Below, piece by piece: positions 53,484 through 64,000 of a stretch of 64,000 bases of DNA. How positions within the stretch are numbered: position 1 is the stretch's first letter; each line of letters opens with the position of its first letter. The notes beneath the pieces were generated by a model that was given only the letters and a program-made list of their open reading frames with translations, was not told the DNA's origin and made no database searches. The stretch comes from Octopus sinensis. Taxonomy: Eukaryota. The DNA is taken from NCBI RefSeq assembly GCF_006345805.1, contig NC_043012.1:25358001-25422000 (forward strand), read 5' to 3'. The position numbers and the translations under genes are program-made.

Positions 53484-53750
53484 TATTTCTTATTTCTTTA
53501 TTACCCACTAGGGGCCATATAGAGGGGACATTACAAACATTGGGGACATGGAACATCACAATTACATAGATATGAGTAAAATGAATTTTGAAAATGATAT
53601 ATGAAAGCGGTGCCAACGGCCCTCCTTTTTTCTTAAAGATGAAAGGCAAAGTCGACCTCGGCGGAATTTGAACCCAGAACGTAACGGCAGACGAAATACT
53701 GCTACGCATTTCGCCCGGCGTGCTAACGTTTCTGCCAGCTCGCCGCCTTT
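53484..53750 (-). mobile_element. Chimeric SINE family A copy with 16-bp TSD
   Basis: TSD CATAGCGATGTCAACC at 53468-53483 and 53751-53766. The central part is replaced by unrelated sequence. Confidence 0.85.
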
Positions 53751-56269
53751 CATAGCGATGTCAACCATTCACACAATCGAAAATCAAAAGCTCTACCACC
53801 ACCACTACTACTACTAAAACAACAACGATAATAATACTTTCTACCATAGGCACAATGCCTGAAATTCATTGGGAGGATGCTATTCGGCTACATGGACCCC
53901 AGTGCTTAACTGGTATTTATTTTATCGACCCCCAAAGAGGGGAAAGACAAAGACTACTTCTTCGGCGTCATTTGAACTGGGAACGTAAAGTCCCGGAAGA
54001 AATGCCGCCGATGACCTGACATGCAGCTCAAGGACGTTTTAAAGGTTTTGTGGTAAGCGTAAAGCCGATTACATCGTCTCCCGGTATTCAAATGGTAATT
54101 GTTTTATCATCGAGCTTGCAGTATCGTTATTACGCCGGACAAAACTCTTCGCGGTTTTTCTTCCGTCTTCCAGTTCTGAGTTCTAATTCCGCCAAGTCGA
54201 TTTTTGCCTTTCATCCTTTTGGGCTCGATTAAAGACGTGCCAGTTGAACGCTGGGTTCTAAGCAATACACATAACCCCACCCCGATGTTATTTTATCGGC
54301 TCCCAAGAAAATGGAAAGCAAATTCGAGCTGGATGGAATTTGAAATCAGAACGTAAAAGTGAGAGCTGATACCGCAAATTATTTTGACCGCCGAATTTCC
54401 GATTCCACAATTCACAAACTGCGATGTACACTGTAGAGAAGAAAAAAAATGGGGAAAAAAATATTTTCCTTTCCGTATTTTATGTTACTATGAGTGGGTG
54501 TAAAAGTGACTCTGAATAAATGCGTAGGGCTGCGTGTGCTCGGTTAAACATTGTTTGCATTATTTAACATTTTACGCTATTGTTGAGAAAGAAACATCGT
54601 TCATTATACGTGGGTAGCACAAAAGCTAAATTTTTATAAACAAATAAAGAAATATTCACTCAATGGTATTTTAAGTTCTTTCTCACTATAGAATCGGATT
54701 GTTTTCATAGAAATACGAATTGAAAAACTTGGATAATGGTAAATGGCATGCGATATAATGTCGGCGTATGTCTCGTCAAACTTTTCCATGTGTGACATGC
54801 TCTATACAATATGGCGAGGATATGACGCAAATGTCCTCTCACTGGTAAATGATCAACCTTTATGCGATGAACCTATTTACAATAGTTCAAACGTGCTTGG
54901 ATCATGTTTGTATCCTTTCTTGTCTATTCTCGTAATGAAGTGATGATGTATTCCCCACTGGACATAGCTATCCAGCCAATTAGGTCTTAGTAAATATCTC
55001 CTGGCAACTTGTGATAACTGATAATTACAGGCTCCCCGTCGCTTACGACGACGACTGTTCCAGTTGATCCGATCAACGGAACAGCCTGCTCGTGAAATAA
55101 ACGTGTAAGTGGCTGAGCAATTTTGCAGACATGAGTACCCTTAATGTAATTATCAAACAGATTCATTGAGACACAGAATGTAACAAGGCTGGCCTTTTGA
55201 ATTACTGGTTTTTTTTTGGGGGGGGGGGGGTTATTTGAATGGAACACGACAAATAAAGTGTCTTGCTCAAGAATATAACACGCTGCGAGGAATCGAACCC
55301 ATGACTTTACTATCGTGATCTGATTACCCTAACCACTGAGCCACACGCTTTCACGCTACCAGTGTTAATACCATTATAGCCACCCTTTCCTATCACCGTC
55401 TGTATCATCTGTAATAATACCCTAATCATTGCTGCCACCATCATTACCATCTCCAACTACTTCTACCATTGTATACCGCCCGTAACAAATATGATAATCC
55501 CATCAACTACAAACACCACTTCTAGGAGATCAGTGATAATCTACTGTAATAACACACCAAACACATTCACTACCACTACCACCACTGCCATTATCGCCGT
55601 CACAACAATCACTACCATCAACACTGCACGTTTCCCGCCGGTTACGGTGTCTCAGCAGAATCATCACAGAGAGAGAAACGACTTACACTTCCAAACAGAA
55701 AAATAATATTGATTTCAAATTTTGGCACAAACGCAGCTGTTTCGGGGAAAGGGGATAAATCGATTACATTGGCTCAAGTGGCCAGCGGTTACTTATTTTT
55801 ATCAGTCCCGAAAGGATAAAAGGCTAAGTTGATCTCGGCGTAATTTGAACCCAATACGTAAAGACGGACGAAATAACCGCTCAGTATTTTGTCCTGCTTG
55901 CTAACGATTCTGCTTGCTCGCCGCCATTAAGCTAAAAGGTAATAGTGATGCGGTTGTGTGTTGTGTTGTGTTCGTGTTACTTCTGATGACTTGGCTCTAG
56001 AAATGAGTTGTGACGTAACTGGTGCCAAACTGTATCGGCATTTGACTTTCTCTTGGATAACATCGGTGGTGTTGAGAGGGGAGGTTGGTATGCATGAGCG
56101 ACCAGTTGTTATCCATAAGCAAGCTTGCCCAGACTTGTGCCTTGGAGAGTAACTTTCTAGGTGCAATCCCATGGACTTTAACCTTTATGACGGTCCTAAT
56201 TGAGAACCAGATCTATCCTACACGCAACAACGCCTGTTCGAGATTACGATACATATACTGTTTCTACAG

Positions 56270-56640
56270 TGGAGGCGTAATAGCCCAGTAGTTAGGGCAG
56301 CGGACTCGCGGTCTTAGGATCGCGGTTTTGATTCCCAGACTGGACGTTGTGAGTGTTTATTGAGCGAAAACACCTAAAGCTCCACGAGGCTCTGGCAGGA
56401 GGTGGTAGCGAACCCTGCTGTACTCTTTCACCACAAATTTCTCTCACTCTTTCTTCCTGTTTCTGTTGTACCTGTATTTCAAACGGCCAGCCTTATCACA
56501 CTCTGTGTCACGCTGAATCTCCTCGAGAACTACGTTAACAGTACACGTGTCTGTGGAGTGCTCAGTCAGTTTCACTTTAATTTTACGAGCAGGCTGTTCC
56601 GTTGAGTGCCAACCAACTTCCGACGGAGTGCCAAACACCA
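56270..56640 (+). mobile_element. tRNA-derived SINE family C, near full length
   Basis: GTGGAGGCGTAATAGCCCAGTAGTTAGGGCAGCGGACTCGCGGTC...GGTTTTGATTCCC plus body. Confidence 0.88.
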
Positions 56641-57004
56641 CTGTTTCAGCACTAAAAAAAGCCTATAAAACAATCACGTGCGCATATTTCAAGCAAACTC
56701 GGTTGATGGCAGCGGCACAATGCCTGAGACTTTACCCTGAGTCAGTAATATCCTATGTTAGCACTGTTCAACAAGAGAAGCCTAGAAGTTCACTGAATTA
56801 AACAAGGTGTAAAGTACAATAGACCATTTGGTCCGTCGGTTATTGTTGATACCCAAATCTCAGTGAAGATATTGCTACACTTGCTCTCAGCTAAGGTTTT
56901 TTGTAGAATAGCAGATCAATACAGGTTAAACAGCTAGAAATTAAATGCTGAAAGTCTCGCACTTTCCTTTGCAGATTCTGCATCTTATATTTGCACAAAT
57001 ACTT

Positions 57005-57990
57005 TTCCAATTTCCAGTTTGTTGGAAATTTTCATCAAAATTTTTGAAAAGATTTTTGAAAATTTTCATCAAAACTTGAGAAGTTTTATGAAAATTTTCA
57101 TCAAAATTTTTGTAACTATTTCTCAAAATTTTCATCAAAATTTTTGAAAATATTTCTGAAGATTTTCATCAAAATTTTTCTGAAAATTTTCATTAAAATT
57201 TTGATCAAAATTCTTGAAAGAATTTTTGAAAATTTTCATCAAAATTTTGGAATAAGTTTTTTGAAAATTTTCATCAAAACTTTTCAAAATTTTTCTCAAA
57301 ATTTTCATCAAGATTTTTGAAAAGGTGTTTGAAAATTTTTATGAAAATTTTGATGAAAGTTTTGGAAAGCTTTTTGAAAATTTTTTTCAAAATTTTTGAA
57401 AAATATATTGAAAATTTTTATCAAACTTTCTGAAAATATTTCTGAAAATTTTGACCAAAATTTTGGTAAGATTTTGAAAATTTTCATGAAAATTGCTGAA
57501 AATTTTGATCAAAATTTTGGAATGTTTTTTGAAAATTTTGATCAAAATTTACAAAAAACTTTTTAAAACTTTTGATCAAAATTTTCAAAAAACTTTCCAA
57601 AATTTTCAAAAAACTTTCCAAAATTTTCAAAAAACTTTCCAAAATTTTGATGAAAATTTTCAAAAATTTTGTCGAAAATTTTCAACAAACTTTTCAAAAA
57701 TTTTTATGAAAATTTTCAAAAATCTTTCCAAAATATTGATTAAAATTTTCAGAAAAATTTTCAGAAAAAGTTTCAGAAATTTTGATAAAAATTTTCAAAA
57801 AACTTTCCAACGTTTTGATGGAAATCTTCAAACACTTTTCAAGAATTTTGATGAAAATTTTCAAAAAGCTTTCCAGAACCTTCATCAAAATTTTCAGAAT
57901 AATTTTCAGCAATTTTGATGAAAATTTTCAAACATTGCTGAGAAGTTTTTTCAAGATTTATATCAAAATTTTTGAAAACGATTCTCAAAA
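57005..57990. repeat. AAAATTTT-based degenerate minisatellite with inverted halves
   Basis: Units such as AAAATTTTCATC dominate the left part and AAAATTTTGATG the right part. Confidence 0.85.
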
Positions 57991-58146
57991 TCTTTCTCCG
58001 TTTTCTTATTTGTATTATACACACACACATGCATATATATATATATAATATATAAAAAAGTGAGTTATATATATATATATATATATATATATAAGCATAT
58101 TCACGTATTTAAGAACGCTTGTATGTACAGGTGTTAATGTGTAATG

Positions 58147-58217
<71 letters not shown>

Positions 58218-58443
58218 TAATATATATAATATATAATATATATATACATTTACTTCTGTGTTTAAACTAAATAATTCCTAACGTTATTATATTTATTTAT
58301 CACCTGCCAGTTGCAGGTATATTTTACTTGTATTACAAATTCATTTCTATCGCTATTAGGCGCCCTCTACTGTGTATGCGAAGTACACATATTCATTATT
58401 TCTTTCTAACTCTATCTGTCTATTTCAATCTATACATTCATAC

Positions 58444-58486
<43 letters not shown>

Positions 58487-58544
58487 CATACATACATACA
58501 TACGTACATATATACATATATATAAACATATATTACCTTTTCGT

Positions 58545-58578
<34 letters not shown>

Positions 58579-58619
58579 CTGTATGCGTGTTTGTAAGCTC
58601 AATATAACTAAATATGATG

Positions 58620-58970
58620 AGGCGATGTCAAACTCAAATGATCTCGTAAGATATTTATATGACATATGGAGGGGGAAAACAAAACTATATAAGTCTATAT
58701 TGAAGGACACCAGAAAAGGTCAGGAAGGATGTTGGAGTCTATAGTGCTTCGGTGTTGACGTGTACACTACAGTATGAGGTAGAAAAGAACTTGGCAACTC
58801 TATGGTGTCATTTTGATGTAAATTGTTAAGTAGATCCGTGGAAAGACAAACACGGGTGAATAACTCTTGCTATGAACAATGAAAGTACGGGTAATACTTT
58901 GCGGCTGTTTCTGGAAAAGTGAGATTCTAACCGCAGATCTGAGCATTTTGTCAACAATGCAAAAGGTAGT
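58620..58970 (+). mobile_element. Highly degenerate RTE-like LINE fragment
   Basis: Weak remnants resembling (K)LYK.....L.Y....W and PWKDK...; heavily disrupted. Confidence 0.4.
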
Positions 58971-59309
58971 ATGCAACTCACCTGTGAGTGTTTGTGTGTG
59001 TGTGTGTATGTATTCTCTTATTCTTTTATTTATTTCAGTCCTTTGACAGCGGCCATGCTAGAGACCACCGCTTTAAGTCGACCAAATCGACCCCATGACT
59101 TATTACTTGTAAGCCTATACTATATATAATATATATATATATATATAATATATATAGATATATATATATATATTGGACAATATATATATATATATATATA
59201 TATGTGTAATATATTGGACAATATATAATATATATATAATATATATGTATGTATGTATATATCTGATATATGTGTGGAGTGGTGTGGGTTGGTGTGATAT
59301 GGCAATCCT

Positions 59310-59830
59310 CATTCTTAGTAACTGTTCCTGGAATTTAGTTATACCACATCTTTGATCTTTCTAGACCACAATTTCCACAGAGCTCCCAATGGCTCTTTTG
59401 TTAGATTGTCAGGTCATTTTGGGGATTTTTTGTCGTTTTTTTTTGTATTCACGCTGTGCCAATTTCGGGCATTCACTAATAATGTGCCACACTGTTTCAC
59501 CCCTCTCACCACACATTCTGTGTATTCCACTCTCATTTGTTGCATCAATTCTGCCCTTCACATAGTTTTCCGTCAAAGCTTGTTCTTCTGCCGCACATAT
59601 AAATGCTTGTTTCTATCTTCAGGCCACTCCTCCGCTCTCATCACCACCGGCCTTCTATATCTGTCTTGGAGTTCGTATCTTTTGGAAACTGACCCTATAT
59701 TTTTGTCCCCTTTCCATGCCATTTCTTTATTCGAGTTCCTTCTTTAAATTTCTCTTTCCTAACACGAATATCAGTTTTCGCGATGCCGGATTTCTTCACA
59801 TGTATTAGAAACGATTCCACTGCACTTTCA
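59310..59830 (-). mobile_element. R4/Dong LINE fragment (CCHC region)
   Basis: Frame-corrected ...EQAL.TNYVKGRID...RMCGERGETVWHIISECPKLAQREYK. Its 5' junction is an (AAT)n tract. Confidence 0.8.
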
Positions 59831-59847
59831 TTATTATTATTATTATT

Positions 59848-60398
59848 GAGTGAGAGATCAGTGCATGCCATCAAAGGGACACTGGGGTAAAATATACGAA
59901 GCCTAGTTTACCGATCTTGACTACTCGTCTGATAAGGGTACACAAGACATATGCATCACAACCATATGTGCGCGACATGGTGATCTCATATAAAGATAAA
60001 CAGCACATGACCTTGCAGGTGGGGCCCAATTAGAATGTACTTCTGGTCGAGTAACCCATCCCGCTCAAATGGTCCCTGAATAAGGGTTGTTTAAGGATGC
60101 TGAACGAATCACACATGTTTTCAGAGGTGAATTATTCAAACTCCAAACAATCCCTCTCAACACATGCCTAAGATGCTCCCTCACTACTTCTGCTAGTGAT
60201 CAGAGATACACATATCGTCAGCCACTAAGGGACATGCTCAACTGGTTAAGGTCAAACAACTGACAAGCAAATCTGTGGTACTGAGCAGAATATTTGCCGT
60301 AGCCCATCTTTTATACCAAGACAAAACAATGTACATGATAACACTTCCAATCAGTTGAAATCAGAAGCCACGAGAGTCACTGCCTGGTACTGCATCAG
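59848..60398 (-). mobile_element. 551-bp AAT-embedded element, copy 2
   Basis: Reverse complement of 3716-4266 with the same boundaries and length; TTA tracts on both sides. Confidence 0.88.
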
Positions 60399-60424
60399 GG
60401 CATTTATTATTATTATTACTATTA

Positions 60425-60800
60425 TTTTTCCTTCTTTCTTCAAATTTTCTTCCATTTCTCGCCGAGTGTTTTCCATACACTTAGGGCAGAGAAACTCATT
60501 GTATGCATTCCCAGATTACACGCGCAAATTCACAGATAAAATATGTATTTAAAAATTAATAAATAAATAAATTCATTGATGGATGTTTTTTTCACAGCGA
60601 TAATTCTCTTCTTAGTACCTGAGCCGTTCCAGTTAATACGACTCTTTGCACTTCCTGTAGGGATGGTAAGCCTGGAATCATTTTCAAATAGGTTTCAGTA
60701 CCTTTTTTCTTTTATCATTCCTAGAGATCCTACAATCACTGGTGCTATAGTCTTCTTCAGATACCAAATTTTTTCAATTTGTAGCTAATTTTTCCTGTGC

Positions 60801-60802
<2 letters not shown>
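60425..60802 (-). mobile_element. R4/Dong LINE 3' end (RLE C-terminus plus 3' UTR)
   Basis: IAPVIVGSLGMIK..GTETYLKMIPGLPSLQEVQRVVLTGTAQVLRRELSL*, bounded by (AAT)n on both sides. Confidence 0.8.
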
Positions 60803-60861
<59 letters not shown>

Positions 60862-60904
60862 GTTTTATTATTATTATTATTATCATCATCATCATCATTA
60901 TTGT

Positions 60905-60950
<46 letters not shown>

Positions 60951-61409
60951 CCATATCCTTCCACTTCTCATCATAAGCATCATGTTCATACACAGATGAC
61001 AGTTATATTTTCTCCACTACTGCGATGCTATTTATCTCTCGTAACACTATTTGATAACCGACTTTCCGATAAACAAGAACATCTCATCCAAAGTCAATTG
61101 GAACTTATACGATTATGTTAACTCGTTTCTAAGGAGTCTGTTCCCATAGAACGAACATAAATCTGCGATAAGTGCCACGTTAATGGTGCTCTTCAATGTA
61201 GAAGTACTGAGAATATGGCGTGTATGTGTATGTGTGTGTATGTGTGTGTGTGCGCTTGTGTTATGGCGGTGGGTGGTGTTGGGAGTTATTGCGGGAGGGA
61301 GTATGTATGTCAGTGGCTATGGAATATGGTTGCGTTGGTAGAAGAGCTGTTGAATGAGTGAGGGATTCTCATGAATTTACAGAAGATCTGTTATCGTTTG
61401 CTAGAACAT

Positions 61410-61983
61410 GACGTTAATAAGGATGTTGCTGCCGATGCTACTGCTGCTGCTGCTGATGATGATGATGGTGATGGTGACGGTGATGATGGTGCTGGTCTTG
61501 AGGAGGAAGGTCTATGATGCTGCTGATGACGTTGCTAAAGATGGTGGTCGTTATGATTACGGTCTGGTTGAAGAAGGCAACGTTAACGACAACGCCGACG
61601 ACGATGATGACACGTCCATGATGAGGATGATGATGATAGTGGGGTGGTGGTGGTGGTAGTGGGGGAGGTGGTGGTGACGACGACGACGATAACGATGTTG
61701 ATGAAGACAATGATGAGGATAATGATGATGATAGCAACGATGACGATGGTGATGGTGATAATGTTAGTATTAAAGAATTTAGATGATAGTGATGGTGATG
61801 ATGGTGATGATGGTGATGGTGGAGATTGCAACGTCGTTGATAGAGATGGAGATGATGATTATACGAGCAATGATACAGATGCCTACGTGACTGGTCCTGC
61901 AGCTGCTGCTGCTGTTGCTGTTGCAGCTATTCTTTTCAAACTTTCCAACCCAGCGTTGAATAGCGGACGTTAAAATATGATGT

Positions 61984-62022
<39 letters not shown>

Positions 62023-62242
62023 CCATGTGCATGATCCTGATGGCGATGACGAGGACGACCAGGTCAACGCCTTCAATTTCGTTTAGGATGAAATGAAGGT
62101 GGGTGCAAAAAAAAAAACTTAATGAATATTTGTGAGTGTTAGAAACCGGTAGTTTCCTTCATTTCATCCTAAACGAAATTAAGGGCGTCGACCTGGTCGT
62201 GGTGGTGGTGGTGGTGGTGGTGGTGGTCGACGTCGTCGTCGC

Positions 62243-62283
<41 letters not shown>

Positions 62284-62290
62284 CTTCATC
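61410..62290. repeat. Mosaic of (GAT)/(GGT)/(GCT)/(CAT) trinucleotide repeats
   Basis: Directly visible. It explains the poly-M/V/D/H ORFs. Confidence 0.9.
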
Positions 62291-62771
62291 ACATGTTGAA
62301 AGCAGTGGGAAGTTGAAAGAGAAATAAAATTTATATTTCAAAGGGATAAACAGAATCTGTTTATAGCATGATTGTGGATAAAACACTTAAATATATGAGA
62401 TGCTGTTCACTCACACCCCCTCTTCTATCTTCATTCTTCTCTCTGCCCAATCATTCTCTCCTGTCTCTGAGTGTAGACGTAGCGGCATGGTAAGACTATT
62501 GCTTCTCAGTCACAAGGGTTTGGGTTTTGAGATCAGTCCTACAGCGTTATACCTTGTACTAAGGTCTCGGACGAACCAAATCTTTGTCAGTGGATTTGGT
62601 AGACGGAAGCTGAAAGACACAACTCGTGTATGTCTGAGTGTGTGAATATGTGTTGTGTGTGAAAGCGTGTGTGTATGTATGTGTGTGCGTCCCACCAAAG
62701 CTTGGCTGCGAGTGTTAGTGCGTTTACGTTCTCATAATACATCGGGTCAGCACAAAAGACGGATTAAATAA

Positions 62772-62871
62772 NNNNNNNNNNNNNNNNNNNNNNNNNNNNN
62801 NNNNNNNNNNNNNNNNNNNNNNNNNNNNNNNNNNNNNNNNNNNNNNNNNNNNNNNNNNNNNNNNNNNNNNN
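62772..62871. other. Assembly gap (100 N)
   Basis: Run of N. Confidence 0.99.
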
Positions 62872-63468
62872 ACTAGGCCCGAAATTTTGGGGGAGGGAGC
62901 CAGTCAATTAGATCAACCCCAGGACGCAACTGCTACTTAATTTATCGACCCCGAAAGGCTGAAAGGCAAACTCGATGTTGGCGGAATTTGAATTCAGAAC
63001 GTAAAACAGACGAGATACCGCTAACCATTTCACCCTGTGTGCTAACTTTTCTTGTTTCATTATTGCCCACAAGGAGTTAAATATAGAGGGGACAAACAAG
63101 GACAGACGAAGGGATTAAGTCGATTACATCGAGCCCAGTGCGTAACTGCTACTTAATTTATCGACCCCGAAAGGATGAAAGGTAAAGTCGACCTCGGCGG
63201 AATTTGAACTCAGAACGTAACGAAAAACGAAATACCTATTTCTTTACTACCCACAAGAGGCTAAACACAGAGAGAACAAACAAGGACAGACTAACGGATT
63301 AAATCGATTATATTGACCCCAGTGTGTAACTGGTACTTTTTTAATCGACCCCGAAAGGATGAAAGGCAAAATCGACCTCGGCGGAATTTGAACTCGGAAC
63401 GTAACGGCAGACGAAATACCGCTAAGCATTTCGCCCGGCGTGCTAACGTTTCTGCCAGCTCACCGCCT
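62872..63468 (-). mobile_element. SINE family A trimer
   Basis: Three bodies, head at ~63468, tail2 abutting the gap. Confidence 0.9.
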
Positions 63469-63662
63469 TTATTACCTCTAATCATTGAGGGTGATTATTC
63501 TTTTCATTTATAATAAAGGGCATCTCGCTCACCTTAAAATGTACATTTACTGTATGTGTATGCCCCGTGTAGTCTGTATTCGTTTGGTGTTTACCCACAT
63601 GTTACTTAGTAACTAGCAGTCTGTGCTACCCTAGGTAGCGTGAATGTTTAGATAAAAACTAA

Positions 63663-63969
63663 CCCCTTACCCAACAATTATTTGAAAATAAATGTATTTT
63701 TTCAGACATATTTTTTAATTGTTTTATTTTACTATGTTTTGAATGGTGATTTCGATGTATCTTTCAAACCTTATTTATTATGAATTTTAATTCAATAATA
63801 TTGATTTTAAATTACCGCTTTGGGCAGAAACGAGTTAACCCGTTTTTAGACGAAGGAACTCGTTTGCTGTCGATTTTGGCGAGTCTATCTTTTGACGAGT
63901 TAACTCGCCAGAGATAGAAAAAAACGATTTCGGTCAAAACGCATATATTCGTTTCTGCCGGGTAAGGGG
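63663..63969 (-). mobile_element. piggyBac-type MITE, longer copy
   Basis: CTAA|CCCCTTACCC...GGGTAAGGGG|TTAA. Reverse-orientation homolog of 42534-42709 with ~130 bp of extra interior. Confidence 0.88.
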
Positions 63970-64000
63970 TTAAGGATACTTTGATGAAGTTAATGTTTGT

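Overview
AT-rich, microsatellite-saturated eukaryotic non-genic DNA. The SINE families and repeat landscape look like an Octopus (coleoid cephalopod) genome; this is recognition, not a database result. No intact host gene can be supported, and most track ORFs are microsatellite translations. The window is a mosaic of decayed mobile elements: four R4/Dong-type RLE LINE fragments, three of them beside (AAT)n tracts; a CR1-group LINE RT fragment; RTE LINE fragments; a Penelope RT fragment; an ORF1-only L1/Tx1-like element; Tc1/mariner halves; a non-autonomous Helitron; piggyBac- and Tigger-like MITEs; and dozens of copies of three tRNA-like SINE families. The main finding is a near-intact minimal type I hammerhead ribozyme (13982-14073) inside a 584-bp-period, Penelope-style non-coding element, together with decayed hammerheads from at least two more families, two of them with CCGA in place of the CUGA core. 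Other observations: a 551-bp non-coding element found twice at identical length, each time inside (AAT)n; a SINE whose 3' stem-loop covaries with the CR1-like LINE 3' end; a ~1-kb A4T4-periodic fold-back; and SINE multimers. There is a 100-N assembly gap at 62772-62871.
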